Source: Heptranchias perlo (taxonomy: Eukaryota). From it: DNA of 64,000 bases. The stretch spans positions 9,300,001 through 9,364,000 of the forward strand of contig NC_090361.1 of assembly GCF_035084215.1 (NCBI RefSeq), in the 5' to 3' direction. Positions 1 through 13,729 of the stretch are shown here, piece after piece. The position numbers and the translations under genes were made by a program. Every line of letters starts with the position of its first letter. The first letter of the stretch is position 1. The notes below the pieces were generated by a model. The model saw only the letters and a program-made list of their open reading frames with translations, ran no database searches and had not been told where the DNA came from.

Positions 1-572
1 CAGCTATACAAAACCCTGGTTAGACCGCACCTGGAGTACTGAGAGCAGTTCTGGGCACCGCACCTTCAGAAGGACATATTGGCCTTGGAGGGAGTGCAGC
101 GTAGGTTTACTAGAATGATACCCAGACTTCAAGGGTTAAGTTACGAGGAGAGATTACACAAATTGGAGTTGTATTCTCTGGAGTTTAGAAGGTTAAGGGG
201 TGATCTGATCAAAGTTTAAGATATTAAGGGGAACGGATAGGGTGGATAGAGAGAAACTATTTCCGCTGGTTGGGGATTCTAGGAGTAGGGGGCACAGTCT
301 AAAAATTAGAGCCAGATCTTTCAGGAGCGAGATTAGAAAACATTTCTACACACAAAGGGTGATAGAAGCTTGGAACTCTCTTCCGCAAATGGCAATTGAT
401 ACTAGCTCAATTGCTAAATTTAAATCGGAGATAGTTAGCTTTTTGGCAACCAAAGGTATTAAGGGATATGGGCCAAAGGCAGGTATACGGAGCTAGATCA
501 CAGATCAGCCATGATCTTATCAAATGGCGGAGCAGGCACGAGGGGCTGAATGGCCTACTCCTGTTCCTATGT
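1..572 (+). mobile_element. CR1-clade LINE, 3' end (5'-truncated, runs off window)
   Basis: ORF2 C-terminal motifs ([28 protein letters not shown]) followed by the CR1 3' tail 'ggggctgaatggcctactcctgttcctatg'. Confidence 0.9.
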
Positions 573-1449
573 ACTAACTTAACTGGCATTGCATCTTCAT
601 CATAGCCTGGCTCTGAAGAGACACTCTCACCCGAGGAAACATTAAAAGCTTAGTTGGGAATGCTGCAGTCCTCGTCCTGAGCGCACTCAGTTCCTCAGCG
701 CCTGTGACTCCATACCAATGCTCTACAGATTATTAATTACAACATTCCTCGGTGTTTATACCAGGGATACAATTTTCCCTCGACAGGAATTCTCCCCCAC
801 CACCCCCTCACCAACTTTCCCCCCACTCTTCTCTAAAAGCAACTACCCTTTGGTGGAGTACAGGAGTCACAGGCACCATCTGGTATCTCACCAAAGAGGC
901 ATCAGTCAACACAAAAGATGCAGTATGTGGTGAGAACAGCTATTCAGTAAAGATGTACTTAAAAATTGACAATGTTCATTAATCCCTTTTTTTTTTAAGA
1001 AAATAAAAAAAGTGATGTTTATTTTAATAACGCCCTCCCCCATTCCCCATTCCCTCTCGATTTACCCCCCCCCCCCCTCCCTTGAAGGGACTCACTATTG
1101 CTGGTCTACAGCTGCCAACAGCCGCCCAGTGCCTGGTCATTGTCTCCCTTTTTCCTTATGGGGAGGCCATTCAACCCCTCGAGCCTATTCCACCATTCAA
1201 TTAGATCGTGGCAGATTTGTACCTCAACTCTATTTGATCCATATATCTCGATGCCCTTACCCAACAAAAATCGGTCAATTCTTTATGTGTAAAGATGAAT
1301 GATGAGTGTCAGCAGATTATTTAATTGTGAGGACATCACCAACAGGCCTGATGTCCACACGTGCAAACTTCTGACAGGACTGTCTCAATCAGAATCAGGC
1401 ACCAAGGCCAAGTTTCCCTTCCCTGGCAACAAGGCCAATTGTAGCACCT

Positions 1450-1781
1450 CGCCCTAGCTCTGTAACCTTCTCCAGCCCTACAACCCTTCAGATCTCTGCG
1501 CTCCTCCAATTCTGGCCTCTTGCGCATCCCCGATTTATGTCATCCACCATTGGCGGCCGTGCTTTCAGCCGCTTAGGCCCTAAGCTCTGGAATTCCCTCT
1601 CTAAACCTCTGCATCTATCTCTCCTCCTTCAAGACGCTCCTTAAAAGCTACCTCTTTGACCAACCTTTTGGTCACCAGTCCTAATATCCCTTATGTGGCT
1701 CGATGTTACATTTTGTTTGATAATGCTCCTCGAGACGCTTTTACTACGTTAAAAAGGTGCTGTATAAATGCAAGCTGTTGT
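1450..1781 (+). mobile_element. L2-clade LINE 3' fragment
   Basis: 'ggccgtgctttcagc...aagctctggaattccctc' and tail 'gctgtataaatgcaagctgttg', shared with many copies in the window. Confidence 0.75.
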
Positions 1782-2242
1782 ACCAATACCCTGAGAAAGA
1801 TCACCTAACTCAGCACATACCAGGGGTCAGACCTCCCTGGTCAGTGTAGATCAGACCTTCGAGGTGCAAGAGGAGGCAGCTACAGGAATTTTTCCCGGTC
1901 TGTGCAGATGATTGGCCTGTTAAGTGTGGAGTGGGTACCATGTGCTGAGTGGACAATACGTCCTTCAGAGATTAAAATAAAAGGAGTCAACGGCAGAAAT
2001 ACTGAGTAACAAAAAAATTACAGCAGACTCAGCTTAAATCTTCTAGAAGCCTGAGCTTATCTCTGGAACTATAACCACGGCCTTGATTTGAAGTTTTCGC
2101 AGAAAAAACATGTATAGAGTTACAGAATACCTCCCTGAGCATTATCCCAAATTCCAAGAATCCTACGTGAGAAAAACACAATTTGACTTTCAGTCCCCAT
2201 AAACCTTTGGCCCGGATGATAATCCATGATAATTTAAAACAC

Positions 2243-2415
2243 AAATAGACAGTTTCCTAGAAGTAAAGGGAATTAGGGGTTACGGGGAGCGGGCAGGAAA
2301 TTGGACATGAATTTAGATTTGAGGTTAGGATCAGATCAGCCATGATCTTATTGAATGGCGCAGCAGGCTCGAGGGGCCGATTGGCCTACTCCTGCTCCTA
2401 TTTCTTATGTTCTTA
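2243..2415 (+). mobile_element. CR1 LINE 3' tail fragment
   Basis: 'agatcagccatgatcttattgaatggcg...ggcctactcctgctcctatttcttatgttct'. Confidence 0.75.
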
Positions 2416-2744
2416 TACAATTCACCATCAAGTGCTGATGGCATCACGGGAGACGAGGAGAATTGGAAAATGGGATGTTACATTAACAGGACGATAAGAG
2501 GGAAATTAATTCAAAGATGCTCCAGTTCGTTTCAACAAAGCTCATTTCATACAGTTGGTCACGGTCTCCAAGCGAGGTTCTCGACAATGTAACTCAAGTT
2601 TCTTCCCTCCCCTCAAAAGTAGTTGAGTAACTGCAGCTACCAGCCTTCTCCACAGGCCATACAAAAAAGGCACTTGTTTTTTTTTTTGCAATAACATCTG
2701 AGGAGTGTTGACGCGGAGGGAAGAGCGCATCTCTCACGCCCAGA

Positions 2745-3020
2745 TCTCGGTGCACATCCCCGATTTTCATCGCTCCGCCATTTGCGGCTGTGCCTTCAGC
2801 TGCCTGGGCCTTAAGCTCTGGAATTCCCTCCCTAAACCTCTCCACTCTCTCCTCCTTAAAGACGTTCTTTAAAACCTACCTCTTTGATCAAGCTTTGGTC
2901 ACCTGTCCTTATATCGCCTTATGTGGCTCGGTGTCAAATTTTGTTTGATAATGTTCCTGTGAAGCGCCTTGGGACGTTTTACTACGTTAAAGGCGCTATA
3001 TAAATGCAAGTTATTGCTGT
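2745..3020 (+). mobile_element. L2 LINE 3' fragment
   Basis: Same 3' sequence as 46850-47125; ends 'ggcgctatataaatgcaagttattg'. Confidence 0.8.
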
Positions 3021-4424
3021 CCGTGATGGACTCTAAACTATAGTTGCACCTCCACCCCCAAATTTAGCTGGGAGACAGCATTCAAAAATCCTGAAGGGTC
3101 ACACACTGAATTTTAATCTGTAACAACACGGAGCAAAAATAAAAATCCTTTAATCTCCTTTCTCCAGACAACACAGGGTTTAGTAATACTAGGCGAGGCA
3201 GACCGATGTTTAACTGAGGTGATCTCAGTGAGGAATGTGCTCCAAACCCCCGAATTTTAATCTGTTTTAAAACCCATCACTTGACATCCTTGATTTTTCT
3301 TTTTTAAATCCGGTCCGTAAACGGGAAAAATACATAAACCACCTTAGGCTTGTTGCTTTGTTTTCCTAAATGAATTATAATATTCCATAAAGTCAAGTCT
3401 TGCCCTTTTTGCCCATCCCCCTCAACCCACGACCTTTAAGGAGAGCAGAGAAGGAACTCTTTCACTCCAGCTTGGATTTGGACCCAGATCCCAGACGGTG
3501 AAGGAAAATCCACTGCATATGTTCCATAAATATCTCCAGGAGTACAAAATAAATATTGACTGGAACTATAGTCAGCTATTTTCCCTTCAGAACACAGAAG
3601 CAACCTTGACTGTACCAAAACACCAGGTCAAACGCATAACTCTCTGGTCAATCATTTACCTCTGCAGCCTTCACCAGCAGTCACTGTACGATTTTTAAAT
3701 TCAGGTTAAGTCCTTTTAATCATAGACTGTTACAGCACAGTAGGCCATTCTGCCCATCATGCTTGAAAGAGCCATCTATCTCAGTCCCGTTCCCCTGCCC
3801 CCACCCCCTATAAAAATATTTATCTTTTTAAAAGCTATTATGAGCAACTCCCAGTTTCAATCCTAGATCCAGGCTGTCCTAACCAGGGCACTGTTGGAGT
3901 TACTACAATTGCCCACAGAACCTCAAGGCTAGAAGTTTTTTGTTTTTAAAAAAAAAGTCTGCCAGGATTCCTGTTTCCTGATCACAAGAGGAGGAAAGAA
4001 ATGTGTGCGCATTGGACTGTGACGCCCTCCCCAGTTGAATGACCAATCTGAGCCACTTCGCAGTGTACGCTTGAATAAATCAGCAGCTTCAGTGGGGGCA
4101 GCGAAGAGAAAATCAGTTTGTAGTAACAGTTGCAATAAACTCCTTCCAAGACCAATCGCATCATTTGGGACACGTTGCCATGGCTACACCGTCCCCTTTA
4201 AGGTCAGTTGCTTAATTCCTGGCCTCAAACATTCGGAAAATGCCAAGAGATAAAGTACAAGGTATAATGCAAACGAATCAAAGTTACTGTAGCCCTTGAA
4301 AGTACAGGATCTGCCTCAGTTGCAAATTCAGAATAATTCCTTTGTGCCTGTAAAACATAGCAAGGGCTTATCATCATTCCTCTGGCCTAGTGGATTGTGT
4401 GTAGCCATGCCTAGATTACAGGCA

Positions 4425-4583
4425 TGATGTGGAGATGCCAGTGATGGACTGGGGTTGACAAACGTAAGGAATCTTACAACACCAGGTTATAGTCCAACAA
4501 ATTTATTTTAAAATCACAAGCTTTCGGAGATTATCTCCTTAGTCAGATGAATGAGTGAAAAGGTTCTCAAATCGCATATTTTA
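4425..4583 (-). mobile_element. Penelope-like element 3' remnant with degenerate hammerhead motif
   Basis: 13-bp TSD tagattacaggca (4412-4424 and 4584-4596). Terminus 'tgatgtggagatgcc.gtgatggactggggttgaca' is shared with five other copies. Minus strand reads CTGACTA-ggaga-taa-tctcc-GAAA-gctt. Confidence 0.75.
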
Positions 4584-5023
4584 TAGATTACAGGCAGGAA
4601 CGGCAACGAAACATCATCCCTGTAGCCCTCAGTCACGTGCTGCATCACTGGATTTCGCCATGTTTTGGTAAATTGCGGAACCCCACTCTGCTTTGTTCTC
4701 CTGTTTAAATTACTATAAACAGCTGCCAATCCCCCCTCCCCCTGGAACTTCCAAAATTAATGATTTATAACATTATTACACAGAAGGACAGAGCACCTGC
4801 AGGCTCTGATGTGTTAAATATGACGTCCAGCACTTTTAATGCTGCCTTCTGCCCACGTTACAGCATCTGTTGTTTGCGGCGGGGTGGGGGGATTGGAAGG
4901 GAGGAACCAGGGATGGTTTTCTTTTGCAGAATAAGTAGCCTCCTTTGGGATTCGTTCATACAGTCCTTTCCCCTCCGTGCTTTCAAGCCTAAATCCTAGA
5001 CTGATGAGTTGCCAACTCTGGTT

Positions 5024-5346
5024 GGACCTATTCCTGGAGGCGTCATCACATGCCAATGCCCCGCCCCCACACTCCTGCCATTGATCATTCACCATGTCCA
5101 TCCTCATGGTGCCCCGCCTTCCCGCCAATTAGAAAGCAAATGGATTCTTCATTACCCGATTGACTGACAGTCAAGAAACATCCAAAACAGCCTTCTCTCC
5201 CCAGGTCCAATATGCTTATAACTAGTAAACAAAAGCTTTCAAAAACATTTTTTAAAAAAACATAATTGTTTTTCACGCCCCTATGATTTTTCTCCCGGTG
5301 TTTGCTGGAGATTAGTCTTTATTTCCTGGAGACTCCATGGCAATCA
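5024..5346 (+). mobile_element. Degenerate copy of non-autonomous DNA transposon (hAT-like MITE)
   Basis: Homologous to 57202-57472 ('gttgccaactctggttggac.tattcctggagg...ggagactcca'); right TIR not evident. Confidence 0.55.
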
Positions 5347-5591
5347 TGAAAAGAGATCTCAATTCAGTTGCCTTGGGCTCACATAAAAAGCATGGATCCA
5401 TGTCTTTGGAAGAGGAAGGAATAAAATTGGAGAAGCAGGACAAATGAAACCCAGGCATCTCTGGATTGTGGCTTCTTCTCTATAAAGTCCACCCAAAACA
5501 TGGGATTATTAAATGATCTATCATAAGGCAGAGCGTTCAAATCAAACAATTCAGAAAGTGTCAAAACCCACAACACAAATCTAGAAAAAAA

Positions 5592-5750
5592 AGCCTGCCT
5601 TTCGTCACCTCAGGATATAGCGCCTTTCGTCACCTCAGGATATCGCAAAGCGCTTTACAGACAATGAAGTACTTTAGAAGTGTAGTCACTGCTTTAATGT
5701 AGGAAACGAGGCAACCAATTTGCGCACAGCAAGATCCCACAAACAATAAT
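5592..5750 (-). mobile_element. Deu-domain SINE 3' fragment with internal 25-bp duplication
   Basis: Reverse complement of the SINE 3' end; 'gcctttcgtcacctcaggatat' occurs twice in tandem. Confidence 0.7.
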
Positions 5751-6152
5751 TAAATAATAATGCTATATAAATGCAAGTCTTTTTTTGGGGTGGTTCTCTG
5801 AAACAATACAAGCCAGTTTGTCACAAAATAGACTCCCGGCTCTTCCCACAAGTGTACTGATTGATAAGGGACTATCGCTTTAAATAGATTCTTCTCATTT
5901 ACAAAAAAACACAAGACACGAGATATTTCACGGTGTCTTGTTCTGGATTGTAACATCTGGTATAGTTTGGGATGTTACCACCGTGCTTGGTCTTTCATGG
6001 TTGTGGGCAATTTACAATTCTCCCCGCCCCAAAGGACAAATACAGACTTTACATTCTTGGAACTGATCGCACAACTGGGCAGACAGCTGTTGTTCAGGGA
6101 CACCCTGCAAGAAAGTTTGTGGGTGCGTGTGTGGGAGGAGGAGCCTCTCCGT

Positions 6153-6596
6153 TTTGGCTCAGTTGCTGCTACTCTCTCCTCCAGGTCAGAACGTCACGGA
6201 TTCAAGATCAACCCAGGACGTGAGAATCTAGGCTGCTACTTCAGTGCTGTAGTGAGGGAACACTGCACTGTTGGGAGGTGCAGTATTTCAGATGGGACGT
6301 TATACCAAAGCCCCGACTGCCTTTTCAAGTAGGTGCAAAAGACCCCATGGCACCACTGGATAAGGAGCAGGGAGTTCTCCTGGTGTCCTGGCCAATATTA
6401 CTCTCTCAGGTCAACACCAACAGAAACAGATTAACTGGCCACTGATTTCATTGCCGTTTGCGGGATCTTGCTGTGCGTGAATTGGCTGCGACATTTGCCC
6501 ACAAATCAACAGTGATTACACTTCATAAAGTAATTCAATGGATGTAAAGCGCTTTGAGACAGTCTGAGGACTTGAAAGGTGCTATATAAATGCAAG
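6153..6596 (+). mobile_element. tRNA-headed Deu-domain SINE (SacSINE1/DeuSINE type) with L2-like tail
   Basis: tRNA-like head (tggctcagt...ttcaa), conserved core 'cccatggcac...gagcagggagttctcc', tail 'gctatataaatgcaag'. Confidence 0.8.
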
Positions 6597-7414
6597 CGTG
6601 GTCTCCCGATAGTTTGTATATAAAGTGAAAGTTTAGTATTCAGCAGAATTCGCAGACTACCCCGGACCCACGACACACTATAACCTGCTCACCGTCTGCA
6701 ATAGAAAAACTGGGTTCTGCCAGCACGCAACAGCCCCCTCCCAGAGAAAACAAAATTCAACCGGTGGGCCAGTGCCTCACATAGGCCCCCCCCTGCCAAA
6801 AGCCCTCCTTCCCCCTCCTGAAAAGAATCATTTCATAACCATGGGCACAGGAAACAGAAGTCCATTTGGCCAGCAACACTGCCTTTTCCTATTGAATTTG
6901 TCTCGAATGCTCTCTTTCCTGATTTGAAACAGCTACAAAAAGGCACCAAAAAAAAAAACAATTCTTCAATCCCTGAACGTGTCAAAGCATTTAAAGCTGA
7001 ATCGCCATGTTAAGCGTTCACACTTATGACAAAGGGATAAGTCCAGCCATGCTGGAATCTAAATTACTAATTTTACCAATAGCCTGACAAATTATAGAAC
7101 GTAAATAATTGTTGAGTTAATTAACCCCAACATCAGTTTTCCGGGACGTGCGTCTGAAATGCAAAAGCTTTGTACCTTAGGGTCGTGCGGCCTGTTGGAA
7201 GCCGCAACACACGAAGCCTCAGAGTGATGGGCATGGCTCAGGTACCCATGACAATGGCGTCTTCCACACTTGCCAGCAAGCGGATTGCTGTGGGGTCACC
7301 GTCGGCACCCACAAACAAAACGGCGGGGTCGTCATAACAACACTTGCTTGGCGCAGTGTGATTCTGTCCTTCGCAATAGCCACGGAGGAGGTAGAATAGT
7401 CAGTTCAATTGAAC

Positions 7415-7642
7415 AGCAATCTGCATTTATATAGCGCCTTTAACGTAGTAAAACGTCCCCGAGGTGCTTCACAGGAGCGATTATCCAACGAAATTTGACA
7501 CCGAGCCACATAAGGAGATATTAGGAACGGTGAGCAAAAGCTTGATCAAAGAGGTAGGTTTTAAGGAGGAAGGGTGGAGAGGCAGAGGGGTTCAGGTAGG
7601 GAATTCCAGAACTTAAGGCCTAGGCAGCGGAAGGCATAGCTC
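7415..7642 (-). mobile_element. L2 LINE 3' fragment
   Basis: Reverse complement of the L2 tail ('ctgcatttatatagcgcctttaacgtagtaaaacgtccc'). Confidence 0.75.
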
Positions 7643-8124
7643 AGCTATTACTTAAAAAATGGGGCTGATCAAATGGTAGGTGGAGTGCGAGCAGGCCCAG
7701 CTCTTGCGAGGGTGCACAAACAGCACCCGTTAATATCCCCCCCCGACTAAGATGTTTATCTAACTCCCGCTTAAGCTTTGTCTGCTTCAGAAGCTACTTG
7801 AACAAGTGAATATTCTAACAGCTCTTCTACCCTCCTCTTTCCGTAACTAGTGCTAATCCTAAACCTAAAATCCCTAGTTAACGGCACCGACCAGTGGAAA
7901 TAATCATGCGCTATTTACTCTCTCAAACCCTTTCGAAATGCTGACCTCTTCTACTACATTTTACCCCAGACCTTCTCCCCAGTGTATTCAGCTCTTGTTT
8001 TTCCAAGGAGGAATGTTGGCCAGGACACTAGAAGAACTTTGCTCTTCTTCAAATAGCACCCTGGGTTCTTTAGTATCCATCCATCTGAATAGGCAGAGGG
8101 GACCTCGGTTTAATATGTTACCAT

Positions 8125-8485
8125 TGAATCATACAGCACAGAAGAAAGCCATTCGGCCCATCGTGCCAGCACCAGCTCTTTGAGAGAGTTATCCGATTAG
8201 TTATCCACACACTCTCCCCATAGCCCTGTAATTTTTTCATTTTCAAGTATTTATCCAATTCTCTTCTGAAAGTTACTATTGAATCTGCTTCCACCACCCT
8301 TTCAGGCAGCGCATTCCAGATCATCACAACTCACTGCATTAAAAAAATTCCTCATCTCCCCTCTGCTTCTTTTGCCAATTACCTAAATTATGTGTCTTCT
8401 GCTGCCAGTGGAAACAGTTTGTCCTTATTTACTCTTATCAAAACCCTTCATAATTTTGAACACGTATTAAATCTCCCCTGAACAG
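8125..8485 (-). mobile_element. CR1 3' fragment nested in a minus-strand SINE (about 8005-8115 and 8500-8570)
   Basis: ORF 8118-8327 (WNALPERVVEADSIVTFRRELDKYL) is the CR1 ORF2 end; SINE pieces flank it. Confidence 0.75.
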
Positions 8486-9517
8486 CCTATGCTACAAGCT
8501 CAGTTCCTGGTATGGGGTTTGAATCCACGACCTTCTGACTCAGAGGAGAGATTGTAACCGACTGAGCCGAGAAGCTATGACCTTCAGTTTTGTTGCTGCC
8601 TTCACACTCCCCCTGAGGAAACAATCTAAACTCCAGTAGAGTACACAAAGGGCAAACATCTTACACGACAAAAAAGTTGAATTTAAATGTTTCCACACCC
8701 TCCTCAGTTTCCAGAAGATTTAGTCCAAAGTAGACTTGGTGGTATTGGGCCCTTTTGGGTTTCAGTTCCACACAAACGCTGAAGGGTAAACCCTCAGGGG
8801 CGCAAAAGTAGTCAGTCCTCCCTCAGTAACCATCATCAAAGCCATAACATGAAAATATTGACAACAGCAACATCGACCACTACCGCCCCACTGGCATTTG
8901 TCCAACTTTACCAGGGTGTTGTCATTCTGATGCTATCAGTAAAGACAGCTGCCAGCTCTGATGTTGCAAAACCTGTACTTGGACTGGAGGTTGCTCCATC
9001 GAGGTGGGAGGGGTGATGATTTAACACTGCCTATTATTCCTGCTCCCGTCCAAGATCTCAGGGCATCATTCCGTGTTTAAGATGACTAAAGGATTTGATC
9101 GGGTAGATAAGAGAGAAACTCAGCCCTCAAAAAGGCAGGGAACGACCTCTCCAGAATATTAATAATGCAGTAAAGAGACGGATTGAACAAGAATTAAACA
9201 TTCCTTTTGCCGACTGCTGTTCCCCACGTAACATCTTGCAAATTAATTTTTTTTTAAAAATGAAACCCTGCATCACAATATTTTCCTGCAAGTAGAACAT
9301 GGCTCCAATTCGACACAAGAATTGGAACAAACCTAACAAGCCTGCTGCTTCCCCATCCAGGTATAAAACGGTCCCCCCCAGTATTCACTTATTAACCTCA
9401 GTACACTGACTGCAATCAAATCCAATGACAAATTTCACTTACAAACAGCAGCATATTCACTTTTGTATGAAATGCCTCTTTCTTGATGCTTTTCAGTGAT
9501 TGACAATGATTAAATGC

Positions 9518-9880
9518 AACAAATTGCATTTATATAGCGCCTTTAAATTAGGAAAACGGCCCAAGGCGTTTCACAGGAGCGTTATCAGTCAAAAATTGAC
9601 ACCGAGCCAAAGGAGGAGATATTGGCCTGGGGTGGGGCAGATGACAAAAAGCTTGGTCAAAGAGGTAAGTTTTGAGGAGAGCGAGGTGGAGAGACCAAGG
9701 AGGTTTAGGCAGGGATTCCCAGAGTTTAGGGTCTAGATGGCTGAAGGCACAGCCACAAATAGTGAGGCAAAGGGAGTGGGGGATGCGCAAGAGGCCAGAA
9801 TTCAAGGAACGCTGAGTTCTTCGAGGGTTGTAGGGCTGGAGATTACAGGAGGTAGGAAGGGGCGAGGCCTTGAAAGATTG
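9518..9880 (-). mobile_element. L2 LINE 3' fragment
   Basis: ORF 9548-9805 resembles the L2 ORF2 end (AFS...PKLWESLP...LKTYLF); L2 tail present. Confidence 0.75.
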
Positions 9881-10271
9881 CAGTGCAAGGATTTACAGAC
9901 TGGCTATATTTCTTTTTAAATCTGCAGTTTGTAGAAATACTGATTCAAGGCAGAAAATGCGTTGGTAAAATAGAAATAAATGTGTCAAACGGACAAAATC
10001 GGAACAGTTCGAGACACTAAAGAATGACTATAAATGGAGTTACCAGCAGGACCAGGAATTTGCACCAATTGAATATCATGTACTGTCCAGTTACAAAGAG
10101 CAAGACCACTTTGTACTGTGGGCTGCATTGTTCAGCCCATGAATTAATACCCAACATGGACACGCCTCACAGAACGAGTACACCCAATCCCTGCACCCAC
10201 CCCCAACCATTCCCCAATTTAGGCCCATTAAAATATTGTCTCGAACAAACGGTCGTTTCCCTCTTCACTAA

Positions 10272-10897
10272 AAAGACCTGCATTTATATAGAGCCTCTCA
10301 CGACCTCAGGACATCCCAAAGTGCTTTACAGCCAATTGAGTACTTTTTGAATCGTAATCACTGTTGTAATGTAGGAAACACGGCAGCCAATTTGCGCACA
10401 GCAAGATCCCACAAACAGCAACATGATAATGACCAGATCATCTGTTTTAGCGATGTTGGTTGAGGGATAAATATTGGCCAGGACACCGGGGAGAACTCCC
10501 CTGCTTTTCTTCAAAATACTGTCATGGAATCTTTTACATGGTCGCACTCTCACCTCAGTCAGAAGGTTGTGGGTTCAAGTCCCACTCGAGACTTGAACAC
10601 ATAATCTAGCTGACGCGCCTGTGCAGTAGTAAGAGAGTGCTGCACCATCGGAGGTGCTGTCTTTCGGATGCGACGTTAAACAGAGTCTGCCCTCTCAAGT
10701 GGGGGCAGATTATCACACACAGATTATCAGGTCATTATCTCATTGCTGTTTGTCAGATCTTGTTGTACGTAAATTGGCTGCTGCATTTCCTACATTATAA
10801 CAGTGACTACACTTCAAAAATAATTTATTGGCTGCGAAGCACTTTGGGACATCCTGAGATTGTGAAAAGTGCTATATAAATGCAAGTTCTTTCTTTA
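10272..10897. mobile_element. Two Deu-domain SINEs joined head-to-head (minus about 10272-10539, plus about 10540-10897)
   Basis: SINE tail 'gcatttatata' at the left end and 'gctatataaatgcaag' at the right end; the 3' halves are inverted copies. Confidence 0.75.
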
Positions 10898-10989
10898 TTG
10901 CCTACATCAGTTTAGCTGAAGAATTCTTATAAAGTATCGTCTGCTTAGTCTGCAAATGTTTCTGCCCGGTTGTCTGCAAAGGCAGACGA

Positions 10990-11230
10990 GAAGGTCTCGG
11001 ACTGTGCTGAGTTAGCTGATTTCAGTTGGGAAAGTAATTGGCGTGCAACAAAATGACCTTGGAGGCTTTAAGCTTGGGAACAATTAGCCAAAGTCCTGCT
11101 GCTGATCATCACCCAACGACCCATGTATGAAAAGTGCACATGCATGGATAGAGGGCGAGGACAGGATCTGGTTTTTCCACGATGCCTATTATGGTTAAAT
11201 AGTCCAACACTCACATGAATGGCCATTTGG
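10990..11230 (+). mobile_element. Old unclassified SINE-like interspersed repeat
   Basis: 'ctgtgctgagttagctgat...gaggacaggat...aatggcca' recurs at about 41930-42570, 44500-44790, 47270-47460, 56590-56850 and 62490-62780. Confidence 0.5.
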
Positions 11231-11573
11231 GAAAAACATGCAGCTATGTACCCAAGCCTGAACCTTGGGAGGGCGGGGGGGGAAGAAAGAGGAAGGGGTA
11301 GGAGATTGGAAAATTATTTCTTGTGGATCAGATTCAGAAGGATATCAACAACAGCACACTGTACAGGGATGGCTTAGCCTCTCATCTACCAGCAGCCTGC
11401 TAACATGTAGCACTAGAGGAATTAAAGGGTTAATGGCCTCCAGCATTTGATAGAAAATTACAAAGTTCCCTCATTACCTCAAGGCAACGTAATCCGATTC
11501 CATACATTTTAAATTATTCTGCAAGGAAATCAGTAGTTCAGCTACTAGACATAACTACTCTGTATTCTTGTAG

Positions 11574-11731
11574 CCATGATGTGGAGATGCCGGTGATGGA
11601 CTGGGGTTGACAATTGTAAACAATTTTACAACACCAAGTTATAGTCCAGCAATTTTATTTTTAAGGAAAGCTTGTGGGATTAAAAATAAAATTGTTGGAC
11701 TATAACTTGGTGTTGTAAAATTGTTTACAAT
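11574..11731 (-). mobile_element. Penelope-like element remnant, hairpin-shaped (hammerhead core deleted)
   Basis: 13-bp TSD tgtattcttgtag (11561-11573 and 11732-11744); inverted arms 'acaattgtaaac...gtttacaattgt'. Confidence 0.75.
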
Positions 11732-11964
11732 TGTATTCTTGTAGGCAGTGGTCACTTACAGGGACCACCCTCCACACCAAGCCCTGAGCCCAAAAGGTTT
11801 CGTGAACTAACCCAAAATGAACAGGAGAGAATTTTTTTTTAAAATCCCACAGTCTTGGTACAACTGCAGCCGTCTGGAAAGCTTCCGAATCTCCACACGT
11901 GGCTATGACAACGATTAAACTGCAACCGAGTTTGCAAATGCCCCATTATACACCGATTTGAATA

Positions 11965-12427
11965 AAGAACGAACTTGCAATTTATATAGTGCCTTTCACG
12001 ACCTCAGGATGTCCCAAAGTGCTTCAAAAGGCAAAAAATAACTTTTTAAAAAAAAGTGCAGTCACTGTTGTAAAGTAGGAAATGCAGCAGCCAATTTGCA
12101 CACAGCAAGATCCCACAAACAACAACGTGATAACAACCAGAATATCTGTTTTTAGTGATGTGGAGGGATAAGTATTGGCCCAGGACACTGGGAGAACTCC
12201 CCTGCTCTTGTTTGAAATTGTGCCATGAGAACTTCTGCCTCCATCTCAGGAGGATCGACAGGGCCTCGGTTTAATGTCCCATCCGAAAGATGGCACCTCC
12301 AACAGTGCAGCACTCCAATGGAGTGTCAGCCTGGTTTATGCGCTTAAAGTCTCTGGAGTGGGGATTGAACCCACAATCTTCTGACTCAGGAAGAGAGAGT
12401 GCTACCCACTGAGCCATGGCTGACACC
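11965..12427 (-). mobile_element. Deu-domain SINE, near full length
   Basis: Reverse complement of the 55370-55812 copy, including the tRNA-like head at 12355-12420. Confidence 0.8.
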
Positions 12428-13729
12428 TGGTGAACGAAGTAACACCAGATCTTCCCCCTCCTCTCGAAGGTCCAAACTCTTGGTTGCCTCCAGTTCCGTT
12501 GACATTGGATGCTCTCCGAATTGCCTTGACCAACTGGCTATTCATTGATCAGACTACACATCGACTTTTTGCAGACTATTTCAGCATGAAGGGCAGCACA
12601 GCCTAGTTCAACCCTGTTTCAACCCCTTACCCATCTTCTCAGCAAGGTCACTGGAGCAGGAAACCTGGCTGATCTTTCTCCCCCCTCCCCAAGAAAGCTG
12701 AAGCCAATTGCAGCAACTGCATGCTAAAGGTTACCAATTGCTCCAGTACCTCATCCAAGCCACCAAGTTTGACAGTAAGTTTCAGCTGGCTCGACGACTT
12801 CGGGGGGGACGGGGAGTGGTGAAAAGCAGCTCGATCTCTTGCCAATTCTCCACTCGCTGACCCCCAGGCACCGAGGCCAACTGTAAGGTCCCGACCGCTA
12901 CCCTGACTGGAAGCACATCACTTAGCACGGAGCAGGAATTGAGCCAGAGGCTAAATGTTTGAGGGATTGTCCTTATCCAGAGATTTCGCTTAGAACTCTT
13001 CTAGGTAACAGCGAGAAGAACTCCCATTTTGTGACTGTTATCGATGATAATTTTGACCCGACATGCTTGGTGCTGATACCAAGGGCACATTTTAAAGAGT
13101 AAGACATCACTTTCATGCAGAGTAATGTTGCTGAATCCATGACCAATGTGGCATTATTGTGCATGACTCACTGAATTGATCAAAACAAATTATACTTGTG
13201 TTAGTGTGACTGGGACTTAATACTTTGGAATAATACCAATATTTATCCCTCAATCAATGTCACTACAATAGATCACATTGCTGTTTGTGGAATCTTGCTG
13301 TGCGCAACTTGGCTGCTGCGTTTCCTACTTTACAATAGTGACTACAGCCAATAAAGTACTTTTTTGAAGCGTCAAGTGCTTTGGGACATCTGGAGGTTGT
13401 GAAAGGCACTATGTAAATGCACGCTCCATCTTTCTTTACAGATGTTTATTTAACTGGCCTAGCTGTGCACTACCTGGATCTCGGTGGGGTTCATCATGCA
13501 ACTCCCACTATATTTCCTTAGCTGCTTTTATATTGCCCTTTGGCCGCCAGCTGCTTCAGCTCGGTCAGATTTTCTTTGGACTGGTGCAGAAGAGCTCTGT
13601 TTTTCACTGGGCCTTCCTGGCTGCCACCAGTCATACTGGGGTTTAGGAAACACATTATTGAGATGGCACCCAGGGTAGCACATATTGTAGATCAAGCAAA
13701 ACGGCCTCCAACCTTGCACCCTCTAAACT

